64,000 nt of DNA from Octopus sinensis (lineage: Eukaryota): positions 96,286,001 through 96,350,000 of the forward strand of contig NC_042998.1 of NCBI RefSeq assembly GCF_006345805.1. The letters run 5' to 3'. Of the stretch, positions 10,465-24,619 are shown in pieces (positions within the stretch are counted from its first letter, which is position 1; each line of letters starts with the position of its first letter). The position numbers and the translations under genes are program-made. The notes below the pieces were generated by a model, which saw only the letters and a program-made list of their open reading frames with translations, ran no database searches and was not told where the DNA came from.

Positions 10465-12952
10465 ACCAGCATTACATTTTTGCGCAGGATAGACAAGCAC
10501 GATATGGAAATGTTTTCTCAGTAACTTATCAACCCAATCAAAATTATGTCTGACTGCTACATAATTTGTATAATCACCGCTCTTACTATTGTGTGTGAGA
10601 AAATATATTTGCCGACTTCACCAAAAACAACAACAACAATAAATCCACTGGGAATGTTATGAGAAGAAAGCTTTTCTAATATGTCCTTCGTTACAAAGAT
10701 ATATATATTTTGAGGTAATGTCTTGAATTAGCAACTGCCTACAAAATGAGTGGCAGATTGCGCTGCGTTCCAAAGTTGGTTAGACGATAGCCAATTCCTA
10801 TCTATGGTTCTGCAAATATTAGACTATACCCAAGTCTATGGAACTATTGTTTTTAATCCCACAGCCCTCACCTGTAAAGGAAAACTGCATACCGAATTCC
10901 AAATTAAATTAAGTTTAATTAGAATTAGATTTGCTCAAACTAAATATAGATTCATAAGCAAATAAACGAATATACATACACACGCACACATACATTCACA
11001 CACACACATACATACGCACACATACATACACACACACACACACACACGCCCGCACACACATACACACACCCGTATATATAGAACACTGCGCATGTGAGTA
11101 ACAGGTGGTTGGATGTCTGTAAGTCTGCAAGATTATCTGTTTTTCGTCACCGTATTTCTCATTTACAACTGCGTATATTCGCAGTTCCGCTATTTCTGGT
11201 TCTTTTCTATAAATGCAGAAGATCATTTCTCATGTTCTCTAGAATTCTTCAAAAATGAACATACTGACAGCCATAATTTCACGCATGCGTCATAGATCTT
11301 TACGCCTACACATATATTAACTATTTGCACACATACGTACATATATATGTATGTGTGTGTGTGTGTGTACGTACATATAAATATATACATATAAGAATAT
11401 ATACGTATGCATAAACATTATATATATATAAAAATCAACGTGGGGTGTATTTAATCCCTCCTTACTCTATAATTCTAAAGAAGTTCTAAAAAATATTTGT
11501 GTGTGTGTGTGTGTATGTGTAAAATCGACATGGGGTGTATTGAATTCCTTATTTGATAAATTCTGAGGAATTTTGAAAAAATATACATATATGCTGACGT
11601 TTACAAAACTCTTAATATGTAGGTATTTAGCCGCATTTGTAACATGTTAATATCCACCACTACACTTTCAAGTACCTGACATTTACAAATGCCTTACTTA
11701 GCTGAATTACCTTCGATCGATAACATATCGAAACATTGGCGGCAAACATCAAAACTATACAAAGTCAGCTTCCGGCTGAACTATATATCTAAGACATTTT
11801 TCAAGAAACTGGTGACTCTCTATATCTCAAACGTAACATGCTGTTCTGTTGGAAAATCTATACACACATTTTAAAATTGTTCTCGGATATTTCTTATATT
11901 TCTATTAAACAAAATTCTGCGATCAGGTACCATATTTTCTTTCTTTGTATCAGCATGGTGGATGATTTCCTTTCTTAATAAATAACACCAGTTTTGTAGA
12001 TTTCAGTGGCACTGCGGGAGCGGACACATTTATATACATGCATGTTGGTAATTACGATGATGATATGTGTGTTAGTATGTGTTATGTGTGCGTGCGTGTG
12101 TGTGTTTGTGTGTGTGTATGTGTGTGTGTGTTTACGGCTGAAAACAACGAGTCGTTACTCTTGAGTTTCCACGTGTAACGTTTCTTCAAGCATAAAAATT
12201 AAACCGTTGCATCTTCTTAAACTTATTCCCGACTTTCCTCCAGCTCCTATAAGGTCGGGGGAGACAAACTTAAGGGCCGTCCTGGGCAGCACACACTCTA
12301 GCTACGCCGCTTTTTGTGGCACTGAAAAAGAGAGTCAATTTTTGAGCTAATATGGGTTTCTAATCTTGGTATCAGTCATTTAGCTAATGCTTTAAAAAAA
12401 ATTACAAGTATCACACGATATCACAATATTTTCTCCATAAATCCAATCCAAAGCATTGTTTCTATGCAAGAAATCAATATTACTAAAATGGAAGTAAACT
12501 TTGTTAAGTGTGTTTAAGTATATATATGTTTGAGTGTGAGTGTACGTATGCATATATAGATGTTGAGGTAGTGGTGGGTAACCTCATGCAGAAGTGCGAT
12601 TCCAGTGTGGCCTTTAATGACTCTAAGTATATTACTAAGTTTGTGTTTTCATATAATGAATGCCAATGGAAAATGTCAAGTGGAGTGAGAAAGCCTAATA
12701 AGTAATTATGATTATATTGGAATTTTTTTCCCTTGAGAATCGAAATCAGCATACTATTGGTTGGATTGAATTTTATTGAACTCCAGAAACGAGCAAAATC
12801 AGTTAAGATTTAATCAGAATGCTTGGGCATTGAACTAAATGAAGTGAAATATTAAGTCGGTGTTCATTGCTTTGGCCATCTCCTCCCAAGAACTATCTTA
12901 GGTAATTATATAAAGAAAATCATGCATATTTTAGTGATATTATGGATTAATC

Positions 12953-13525
12953 TGTGTGGCTAACAAAGCTTGCTTTCCAATCATGTGGTTTCGGGTTTAG
13001 TACCGCTGCGTGGAATCTTGGGCAAGTGTCTGCTACTATAGCTCCCGACCAACCAATGCCTTCCGAGGTCTGTGTTCCCTCACCATCGTTTAATAACCAC
13101 CGGTGTTGGTTGGTTTGCGTCCCCGATAGAATAAGTACCAGACTTCAAAAATAAATACTGGGGTCGATTCGTTCGACTAAACTCCTCAAGGCGGTGCCCC
13201 AGCATGACCGCAGCCCAATGACATTAGCAAGTAGAAGAAGACAAAAAATAGAAAGCATCACATTTATAATTTTGCGTTCTTGCACCTTCGTAAGAAACCA
13301 GTTTCTAATAATTGACGTTATATTGGTTTCTGATTTTGGCACAAGGCTAGGAAGTTTAGAGAATGGGTAAGTCAATTACATCAACTGGTACTTATTTTAT
13401 CGACCCCGAAAGGATGAAAGGCAAAATCGACCACAGCGAAATTTGAACTCAGAAAGAAACGGTAGACGAAATACCGCAAAGCATTTTGCCTGGTATGTTT
13501 ATGATTCTGCCGGCTGGCCGTCTTA
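12953..13525. mobile_element. Degenerate SINE A (+, 12953-13245) and SINE B (-, 13320-13525)
   Basis: Similarity to better-preserved copies in the window. Confidence 0.8.
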
Positions 13526-14260
13526 ATAGCCGATGTTATAATGAAATGAAGACGACACAATGGGAAGAGAATTTGGTTCTAGTTGGTATGAACCCTACAA
13601 GTATAGTCCAGAGATGTTGCTCTTGATGAGATGGATGCGGCATCGTTATAAGTTTATATATTAATAAATCGTCGGCAAATACGTTGTCGCATCTGTTATC
13701 AATTAACAAGTAGGCACAGTAAAAGCAGCACTATTAACGGTAATGATTTCTATGAAATTGTTAAATAACAACTGGACCGAATATGAAATTACATTAGTGT
13801 CGAGGAAATGCCCACAACGTTGAAGACATAAGTAGGAAAGAACATCTGCGATAAAAGAATAAATAAATGAATATGTAAACATTAAGATTTTCAGAAGGAA
13901 AAATTATATAAAATTAAATTATCAATTTATTAATTATATATCTGATTTCCGTAACGTATAGTTATAGGAAGAGAATGAACACTTATACTGATGTATATGA
14001 CATTTACTTTTGTTTAATATAGCGAGCCGTACTTTCGTTATTTTGATGGGAAAATGTTTAGGGAAGGAATAGAGCGAAAAATGTTGCAGATGAAATAATA
14101 AAACTTTAACCAAGGAGCTTTTATTATTCTTTGCACGTAGAGACGGAGCAGGGGATATTGCAAAGGAGTTTTGCTTCAGGGGGTGTTCTCATAGAGTGGG
14201 AGAGAATTTTTCTTTTGTTCCATGGGTGCTTTTGTTCGGATCCTGGCTTAAATAGCCAAT

Positions 14261-14495
14261 CTATTTCTTTACTACCCACAAGGGGCTAAACACAGATGGG
14301 ACAAACAAGGACAGACAAACGGATTAAGTCGATTATATCGACCCCCAGTGCGTAACTGGTACTTAATTTATCGACCCCGAAAGGATGAAAGGCAAAGTCG
14401 ACCTCGGTGGGATTTGAACTCAGGACGTAACGGCAGACGAAATACGGCTACGCATTTCGCCTGGCGTGCTAACGTTTCTGCCAGCTCGCCGCCTT
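14261..14495 (-). mobile_element. SINE family B (Meta-domain-like core GACTTTGCCTTTCATCCTTTCGGGGTCGATAAA), full length with TSD
   Basis: Head GGCGGCGAGCTGGCAGAA...GAGTTCAAATCCC; flanking duplication TGGCTTAAATA(G/A)CCAAT at 14244-14260 and 14499-14515. Confidence 0.92.
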
Positions 14496-15189
14496 TATTG
14501 GCTTAAATAACCAATCGTCCTTCAGTAGCAGTAACTTCTGTGCGATCTGAGTCCGTGACCCGGTTTCTATTTTCACTCGTTGCTAATTCACTTCTTCTGC
14601 GCCGTTGATACCAATAGAAAGAAAATGTATTAACATCTCATACACTCTCATACTATCAATCCTCTGTAGATTTGGTGCTTTGTGCCAATCAGTAGATTTT
14701 ACTTAAACAGGGAGACCAGACAAGCTAGCAACATATATCATTCAGTAGAATACCAAACTGAACATGGTATAATTAGAAAAGTTTGGTTAACTAATTAGAT
14801 TGTCATTGCAGTGACATTTGAAGCAATATATTGACAGAGAAAGGTCAACTTAGCACGGCAGGTAACAAGAAGATCAAGGTCAGTCGACAAAATATCTCGC
14901 TTAACAGGATTAAAACAAAGTACTATTAATCTTCAGAACATGATCTGTATACGATCAAGAGTATTTAGTGACAGATTGTTCGGTAGGAGTAACTTCCTAG
15001 TTGAGAAAGCTTCAGATTATCGTTTGCTTACTCGTAATTCTATTGAAAATAATACTCTTATTTCTAATAGTAACATGAACTTCTTTTCACTTGGTACACT
15101 TGAACGTGTTGTTGGAAAAACATTGTTAATTGTATAAATTAGTCTCGAGTTTTTATCTGTAAATCGTATCCTTTATATTGTTTTCTCCA

Positions 15190-15395
15190 CTAGGCACAAA
15201 TCAAATTTTTTAAGGGACGGGGCTGATCGATTATATCAACCCTAGTGCTCGACAGGTACTTATTTTAATCGACCCTGAAAGGATGAAAGGCAAAGTCGAC
15301 CTCGGCAGAATTTGAACTCAGAACATAAAGATAGACGAAATGCAACAAGGCAATTTAGTCCGACGTACTAACGATCCTACCTGCTCGCCGCCTTA
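15190..15395 (-). mobile_element. SINE family B; more copies at 16295-16510(+), 16700-16820(-), 17864-18078(+), 21940-22142(+)
   Basis: Same core motif. Confidence 0.85.
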
Positions 15396-15713
15396 ATTGT
15401 GTCTTAAGAAAGTAATAACACTGTCTGTTTCACTGCAGTTCTTTACAGAAACGTCTAAACTTCATTACTAAAGGGATTATTAAGCGGACCTTTTCTATCA
15501 TTTCTAAATGCTAGTTTTCTAATTTATATTTTCTCACAAACACTGTAGTAACTGGTGTATCAGCAGTGTAAGATACATAGATGGCTATTTTTTTATTTTG
15601 TGATTTTTAAAAAAAGATTTATATTCATCTAATGTTTTCTTCAACAGCCGACAAAATACTTATATAATCTGCAAGATCTTAAGTTTAAAAAAAAAAACTG
15701 GATTATATCTTAC

Positions 15714-15873
15714 AGAATATACAGTCCAATTTCGTTTTCTTTCTTCATCCACTCCTTTCCTTTCATCTGTTTGCACAAAAGTAACCGAGGCCAACACTGC
15801 TACTTTCAGTACAGTTAAAGGTGAATCTTTCGTTGAGTCCTCTCTCAATATAAAAGTGGGTGTTTCTTTTCAT
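15714..15873 (-). other. Candidate 160 nt spliced exon (non-coding or UTR)
   Basis: Strong acceptor TCTCTTCCTTTACTTTTTGTGTTACAG| and donor |GTAAGA; all three frames contain a stop. Confidence 0.3.
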
Positions 15874-16946
15874 CTGTAACACAAAAAGTAAAGGAAGAGA
15901 TGAAAGGAAACAAAGAAAACGGAGGATGTTACTCAAAATAATGCTCCTTGAATGAATGTGAATTTCAAGCATATGATTGCAATTTTCTTTAGAAGTAAAT
16001 TATTCTTCAAATATAAAAGAAAAATACTCAAAGAAAAAGGGTCCCCTTTCCGGGTTCAGATATGATTCATTATTAGCGGACGGACGATGAAGGATGACTG
16101 ATACCTTTCACGCTTTATGGTTATTAACTAGAAAAGATGAATCCCAAATGCTGTTTTGATTATTGCATTTAATGACTTAAAGGAGGAACGGGAGCTCCCA
16201 TAAATTTTTTCAAGACTTTCATGACTTGTGGGGAGGGAACCTATCTTTAGATGGAAGGCGTAAATGCACCAAAGAGCCAGGTGGTAATATTATAAACTGG
16301 GCCGACTGCCAGAATAGTTAACACGCCGAGCAAAATGCTTAGCGGCTTCTCGTTCGTCTTTACGATCTGAGTTCAAGTTCCGCCGAGGTCGACTTTGCCT
16401 TTCATTCTTTCGGGTTCGATAAAAAAAGGCACCAGTTGAGCACTGGGGTCGATGTAATCAACATACTCGCTTCCCCAAAATTGCTGGTCTTGTGCCAAAA
16501 TTTGAAACAAATATTATAGACCAGACGAACACCACTCACAAAACTTCAGTCGACCCGAGGCTTTGGTCAAAAAGATACTTACCCCAGGTATCGAACACGG
16601 AAACTGATAGCAAGCGAATTGCTTAACCACACAGCTACGCCTACTAGTTAACATAAGTAGAAAATTTTGAATTTGATATAGTACTAATAATTTCCTTCTA
16701 ATTTTTGAGACAAAGCCAGCAATTTTGATGGGAGGGGAAGTCGATTACATCGACCTCTGTACTTGATTGATCCCTATTTTACCGACCCTAAAGGATGAAA
16801 ACCCAAATCGGCCTCGGTGACATTAATAATAATAAAACAGTGGAAATTATGATTAAATAAATTAGTATCTTATATAGCTTAGTCACGCTACACAGGTCAC
16901 AATAAACCAAATACTACTCGTTAACATAATATATTGAAATCTTATT

Positions 16947-16983
<37 letters not shown>

Positions 16984-17481
16984 AGCATTTTATGACCAGT
17001 TTCAATAATTGAACGATACTACAATGCAAACTGGAACAGTTTTATTAATAGAACTGATTCGATGTTGATACATAAACAGTGTTGGCACTGCGTTACAGTG
17101 GGTGTACGAATAATAATAAGAGAGTCTTCTGGTCTGTTTCTTATGAACTCAAATATGAACAAACAATGTATTTATTACCATGGTGAATCAATCAATAGAC
17201 TGCATTCTGGTTAGCATATCTCGATGTCTCATCCAATAGTTAAAGACAAATTGTAGCTGTTGTTACTAGTGCCGTTGTTGTTGTTGTTGTTTGGCACCAG
17301 GTCTTGATAAAGTAGACCTATGGTCAAAGACATTCAAGTTGTGTCCATCTCGCCTTTTTAGATTTATATAAGACTATATCATCCAATGTGTCGTTTTCTT
17401 TATATACTTGTTAAGACGGCAAGGTGTGATTTGAGGGAGATTTGGTTGCCTTTTGCCGCATCTGACGAGGTCTTCATAGTG

Positions 17482-17517
<36 letters not shown>

Positions 17518-18299
17518 ACACATGTATATATAGAACGTTTATTTCATTTTTATTATCCTGGTACTTGTTTCAGTAGGGATACTATTTTTTGAACAGAAAT
17601 GATTGCGCTCTAACTGCGAAAAATCCAGATTTTTCAGTTATTAGTTTTCTGACATGTTAACATAGAAAGTAGAAATAAGACATTTCATTACCTCCGTAGG
17701 TGTATTGTGTGACAGGTCATGGTTGACTACCTAACCTTGGTCACAACGATGTTATAAGAATGAGATCATTTGTGGTGGAAGAAATTCTGTGATGGCAATT
17801 GCGTTACTGAGAGGGTGAAAAATGAGCATTCGAAGTTGAATCGTTATTATCGACATATTTATGACTGGCAGAATCGTCAGCACGGCGGACTAAATGCTTC
17901 GCATCATTTCGTCGTCTGTAGGTTCTGAGTTTTAATTCTGGGTCGACTTTAATTCGAGGTCGACTTTGCCTTTCATCCTTTCGAGCTCGATGAAATAAGT
18001 GCCCGTTGAGCACTGGGGTCGATGTAATTGGCTTATCCCTTCCCTAAAATTGCTGGCCTTGTGTCAAAATTTAAAACTATTTAATCTATTATCAATAGAA
18101 GATATTCTATCGTACTGCCTGTAATCCTATTCAAGTACTGAAGCCGATTTCATACCCATATAAAGTAACGTTGGTGCGAATGAAATTGTAATAGAAGACT
18201 TAAGTTTAAGGATCTGGTTTCATTAACAGTAACTGCAAAGGTGCGTCTCTGTGCATCAAGATAAAGGCGAACTTGTGACAAAACTATCAAGAAATGTGC

Positions 18300-18772
18300 A
18301 ATGGCATGTGAGTGAATTTAGTAAGTGTATGGATGCCCGTTGGAAACTGTATGGGAGCCCGTTGTATGTATGTGTGTATGTTTTGGATTTGTCCAACATC
18401 TACTCACCGCTTAACGACAAATGTTGGTTTGTTTATGTCCCTGTACCTTAGCCGTTCGGCGAAAGAAAACACTACAATATGTACTTTTCTTAAAAATGGA
18501 TACTGGGGGCTATTTGTTCGACAAAACCCCTCTTCGAGGCGGTGCCCCAGCATGGCTGCAGTCCCATGGCTGAAACAAGAAAAAAATACATATATGGCGG
18601 AGGAGAGGCTGTGTGGTAAGTAGCTTGCTTCCCAACCACATGGTTCCGGGTTCAGTTCCACTACGTGGTACCTCGGGCAAGTGTCTTCTACTTTAGCCTT
18701 GGGCCGATCAAAGCCATGTGAGTGGATTTGGTAGACAGAAACTGAAAGAAGCCCGTCGTATATATGTATGTG

Positions 18773-18816
<44 letters not shown>

Positions 18817-19060
18817 GTGTGTGTGTGTGTGTGTACATGTTTGTGTGTCTGTGTTTGTCCCCCTAAGATCGCTTAACAACCGATGCTGGTGTGTTTACAT
18901 ATCCGTAACTTAGCGGTTCGGCAAAATAGACCGATAGAATAAGTACTAGGCTTACAAAGAATAAGTCCTGGGGATCGATTTGCTCGACTAAAGGCGGTGC
19001 TCCAGCATGGCCACAGTCAAATGACTGAAACAAGTAAAAGAGTAAAGAGAGAGTAGAAAA
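18300..19060 (+). mobile_element. Two tandem SINE A copies (old partial 18300-18585; full length 18596-19060)
   Basis: Family motifs; CpGs retained. Confidence 0.88.
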
Positions 19061-19802
19061 GAATATTTAAACCAATTACATTAAGCTTCTTCGTATTCTT
19101 TGACTTTATCTCTTAGCGTAAACGCGGCACCGTTGTTAAGTATTTTCCTGTAAACTAGTCAGACGAACTGTATGTTCTATAGTTACATAATGTCTCACAG
19201 AAAGATAACACAAGGAATGTAATCAGTTATGGAGCTGTCTGCGAGTGTTACCCTCGAATGAATATTGATATAGATTCTGATCCGGTTCATAAGCGTTAGT
19301 AACTAAGTCTATTAAAATACTACATATTTTATATAATATGCATGTATGTATGCAGTGGATAGATTCATATATCTTGGAATTCAGAACGTTACTGATTGCT
19401 AAAAGCGCGCGAGCACACACACACACACACACACACATTCAAATATCTTGGAATTCAGAACGTTTACTGATAGCTAGCTATAAGTCATTGAGGTTCAGTA
19501 AGCCTGGATATAATCGGACATATTTTCATATGTTTCTTTATGTATGGATACTTAGGCATCGCCTGCGTGTGGGTGGCGAATATGAATTTAGTTTGGATGC
19601 TCTTGTACCAAGATGTATGGAATGCATATGATTGGCTGTTAGTTTAAACGTTTTCGAACACAAGATCCGACGTATGTTCGATAAGGTTTTCTTGTCTGAA
19701 TTTCGCAATAAATATTCTTTTCTAACATAGGCACAAGGCCAGAAATTTCGTTGGGATGGACGTCTTTGAATGTAGAGAGCCGAAGCAAATTTCGCAATAT
19801 TA

Positions 19803-20022
<220 letters not shown>

Positions 20023-22599
20023 TCGGGTGGCTTTTAAGCTAGCTCCTGTGGAGGGCTCTTCATTAGGCCTTGGGCCCAACAATGACACTTCATGCATTGA
20101 GTACATATCAAATTTTATTAAACTTGGATAATATTTTTCAAGCAATGAACATTTTTCATCAAAACAATGATATAATTTGTCCACTTAGAACTTATTGCAA
20201 AGCTGCATGATAAACAACAGTCCCACCACCATCGCTACCACATCTACCATATAAAACCATTCAGACTTCTGACGCCACCACCATCAATATCTTTGATTTC
20301 GCCGCCTTCCCCTCCACCACCATCATCACTGTCTTTCACAGTTCTTACTCTCACCGTCATCCCTGACCGCCTCGGCTACCACTACCATTATCACCGCCGC
20401 CTCCGCCTCTATCACAAACAACTACAGTTCATACTATTACTATCACCCCATTACCATCACAAAAAGGCTAAATGTGTGTGTGTAATGTTCGTTTAGTATG
20501 TTTGTTCAGTATATACACATTATGTAATACAATTGTATAAATAACACATGACCAAATGATTAAGAAGTTCGTTTCGCAATTATGCAGTTTCAGTTTCGAT
20601 TTCGTTGCGTAGCATCGTAGGCAAGTGTCATTTTCTATAACTTCGAGCTGATACATACTTTGTGAGAGAGTAGAATTGGGTGGACGAAAGCTGTGTAGAA
20701 GCCCATCGGATGGATTATACCTGGAAGTCAAACGTTCAGCCATGTCAGACTGTTTCACCTTGATTCCGCCTTTTAATTGCATTACGCGTACATATATCTG
20801 TGGTGTACTCAGCCACTTTCACGCTAATTCAGTGAACCTGGTAGTTTAGTTCATCGAACACCTGAACACTCGTGACCGGATATTCTGACCGAGATTCACC
20901 CAGTTAATATATATAGTAATACAATGAAGCCCATTGTTATGTTGAAGTTTTACTTTAATAAACATAGATATTATCAGTATAAAGTTACAGTGAAAGCTAT
21001 ACTACTAACTATGAGTGCAGAAATATTTTGTTCTCAATAAAGGGTGAATGAAGTGATATCCGGTGTAACGCATTCATTTGTAGTGAAAAAGAAATTATGA
21101 AAAACCTGTTCATTTACTCACTACTGGGAAGTTTTGTTTCATAAAATTATTGTAATAATATGCTATATAACCTTGGAATAAAGTTGGGAAATATTTGATA
21201 TAAAAGATATTGGTTTTATGTAATTATGTATGATATTAGCTGAATCTTTGAAATATTTCTTGCTAAGCACAATGACGAAGGAATGTGTGACCTTTGTCCT
21301 TTTTCCCAAGATTTTTTTAACGTTGGTGTCGTTAAGCTCCCAGGCTCAGCTTTGAACCAGCTGACCTATGGTAGGAAACATTTCATCTGTAACTACTCCC
21401 TCTTTATTTTTCTGGCAAAGTACCCTTCTTTTATTAGCATTGTTGTTTAGCAACAGTTCAAATGTGAACCAATATATATATGATTAAAGACCAGCTGCGA
21501 CCACCCCGTCTTAATTTATTCTTCGGATATAGTGCCCTTTCTTTTTAAAGCACTAAAGGTATAATTTGTGAGAGTTTTGTTGCTATTTCTAGAATGCTTC
21601 CTTCGAGCACATTTTCCTTGATGAATTTCAAGATCAACCCTGATCGAGTAAATCTCTGATGAGAAACGTTCTACTTATGACTCTCCTGTCTTTCAAACAA
21701 TACATATCAACACATGTAACCTTCCGTCTATATAAAGACGATAAGATGGAATTTAAAGGAAATTTTGTTATTTCTATGATATTGGGCGACCAGTTTACAG
21801 GCTCTCTCGTTGTTTCAGTATCTTTAGTTGGCAATGCTTCGGTATCGGTATGCAGATTGCCGGTATGAGGAGACATCATTCACCCTTTTTTATTATTTTT
21901 TTTTTCAGCCTAGCCTCTTTATCTATATCATGAGGAAACGTTGTTGGCTAAATAATGTCGTCAACAAATACCGAAAGATTGCCCTTTAGTGTCCATTTTG
22001 AGTTCAAATCCGCCGCGGTTAACTTTGCTTTCCATTCCGCTGAGATCGATAAAATAAAATACCTGTGTACGACTGGAGTTGATCTAATCGACTAAACCAC
22101 TCCCATGAAAATTGCTAGCTTTTGCGTAATTCTGAAACCATTACCCTGTCCGGCCTCCTTTATTTAAAACAGTATTATCTAATTTGAGAGAGATTGGCTA
22201 CTATTCCTAGCAAGCGGAACGTCCAGGTACAGGCTTCCTCGTTTGTTTGTTAGGCATCGCATTAATTATAAAGTCCAGAGTGTGCATTAAGTGGACGTGC
22301 ACTGGAGTGTTGGGTTGTGTTAATACAAATGCAGCGTGATCAGTGGCTTTTCACAATGAGAATGCTAGCTTCTTGGCATTCTTTTGGTTACATTGTTGTC
22401 TAATTTAACTTTAACAACCTTCTTTATTAACTTACGTAATTTACACGTAGGGAAAGACATAAGCATGAGGTAATTAGATCAAGTTCTAAATCTTCACATG
22501 AACACAGAACAATTAACAAAACCACTTTCATTGTAAACAGAATTTTTGGTCAGTCCGTTTCAGTTTCGTTTATGAACTCGCCAACCTCCTGTCGTATTC

Positions 22600-22730
22600 C
22601 CATATATATATAAGCTGTCAAATGTATCTATCTAGCAAGCTGGTGTGGAAAAAGAATCTACAATTTTAATCGCTTCTGCCTACCAGTCCTTGTGAATTCT
22701 TAAACTTTTTATATACTATGTCAGTTCACA
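22600..22730 (+). promoter_or_regulatory. Candidate core promoter (TATATAAG near 22606; Inr-like TCAGTT at 22721)
   Basis: Repeat-free, CpG-retaining stretch upstream of the candidate signal-peptide exon; motifs are short and could be chance. Confidence 0.25.
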
Positions 22731-22904
22731 AGATTAGAAGCGCGAATGAGTGGGTGTTAAATGAAGCAGTTCAACACAATTCTATTCATATTGTATTATT
22801 TTATTTATTTTTTTCGTACCCAAGTTAACTAAATGTCACTCCGTAGAGAGAGAAAAAAAAACAATAAAAACAAATTCAAAAGGAAAACAAAAGCAACGAA
22901 AAAC

Positions 22905-22988
22905 ATGTGCTGCAAATTTCAACAAATTATTTCACTTTGCTGTTTGGTCGCAGTCTTTCTTTCCAATTCTGCTTGCAGTCCAGAGGAG
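22905..22988 (+). CDS. Candidate first coding exon: signal peptide MCCKFQQIISLCCLVAVFLSNSACSPEE of an unidentified secreted or membrane protein
   Basis: AAAC-ATG context after an A-rich leader; basic n-region, hydrophobic h-region, small-residue c-region; phase-0 donor GAG|GTCTGT; CpG depletion starts about 1 kb downstream. Confidence 0.45.
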
Positions 22989-23877
22989 GTCTGTCTTTTT
23001 CGTCTTTTCTTCAACCACTACACATGTTTGAGGAAATAGGATTTCAACTTTTCTTTTCGCGGTATGTCACCTGTTTGTTGATTGTTATTCTAAGCTTTTA
23101 TAATAACTTTCATATCGACCGATTATTCCATGTGCGAAATTTATCTTAGAATTTATTGATTTTTATCAAAGCAAAAACAAAAAAATGTAAAGCTAACAAA
23201 AAAATTCAATGCACAACAAAAATCTATTTTCAACTCATTAACCTAGATTTTTGCACTGAAATGAAATGTAACTACGCCAAACCTGGTCTTTACACAAGAA
23301 TGCGTGTATTTTATATTTGACGATGTGTGTGTATGTGTGTATTCATATCTCTACATAAGTTTCTATCTATCTATCAATCAGTTGCCAAAAGTGCCATGTG
23401 TATATGAGTGTGCTTGTGAGTGAGAGAGAGAGAGAGAGAGAGAGAGAAAGTGTGTATACGTTATCTCTCTATATATATGTGTGTATAAAGTGTGATAATG
23501 AATATATACTAAATTTCTCTCTATCATTATATATGTATATATCTATCAGCCTGTCTCTAAGTCTCTCTCTCCCCTTCTCTGCATATATATATATATATAG
23601 TGTGTGTGATACAAGCAGAAAAAGTAGAACTCAAGACATGAGTATATGTATATATTTTCATTGATATTTAACAGAAGTAACAGTGACTCGGCCCTTGTTG
23701 CTTCTGCTAAACATTAATTTTAAAAAATGTGTGTGTGTGTGTTTGCTCCCATCCTACCGCTTGACAACCCGTGTTGGTTTGTTTACGTCCCCATTACCTA
23801 GCAGTTCGGTAAAAGGATAACCACTAGAATAAGTACTAAGCTTTGAAAATAAAATAAGTACTAGGATTGATTTGTTT

Positions 23878-24181
23878 GAGGCCCACAGCCTGCAGACTTT
23901 TATCTTGCAGCCCGCTTGATACTTTCTTGAAATGGGCTTATCTAAACAAACATTTTAAAATTTTATCAAAACTTAAATATTGTAATGAAAAGTAAAAAAG
24001 AAAGATACTACTGTTTTTGCAACGATAATGTTTCGTGTTGAATCAATGATTATTCATTCATTATTGTAATAATAGCATGAGAAAGCAAAATGCTTTCAAT
24101 TTTGTCAGTATACAAGAGGCCTTCAAAAAACTTTCTGTGATTAAGGTAGACCCGCAATGTCATTCAAGTTGGCCAAGTCTG
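23878..24181. mobile_element. hAT/Charlie-like MITE remnant inside a SINE A copy (23726-24250)
   Basis: Right TIR GTTGGCCAAGTCTG and decayed GCGGCCC-type subterminal motifs; SINE resumes at 24182; left TIR not seen. Confidence 0.55.
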
Positions 24182-24619
24182 GACTAAACTATTCGTGGCA
24201 GTGCCCCAGCATGGTCACAGTCAAATGACTGAAACAAAAGATAAAAGATATACAAACATATACACACACACATATATATATATATATTGATAGATAGACA
24301 GAGATAGGTAGGCTGGTAGATAGTTGGTAGGGAGGGAGTATGATTGTGTCTCCATATGTGCCTGTGTGCAGTTATAATAAAATAAACATTTACTACAGAA
24401 TCAATTGCTTGGCCTTTTATGATCAGCATTATTGATTAAAGACTGGGTATATAGAAGTCTTATCGTTCAACTCTTTTTCAAGGACGTTTGAGAGATCAGT
24501 GAACCAGCTGCGGCCGGGATTCAAATCTGCTTGTACACTTAAGTTTACCTGCAGTTTAATCAATGCTACAAAACACACACACACACACATATGTGTGCAC
24601 ACATCATTTTATCTTTTAA

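Noticed and set aside
21657-21680. CTGATGA-GAAACGTT
   Set aside because: No stem II and no stem I pairing.
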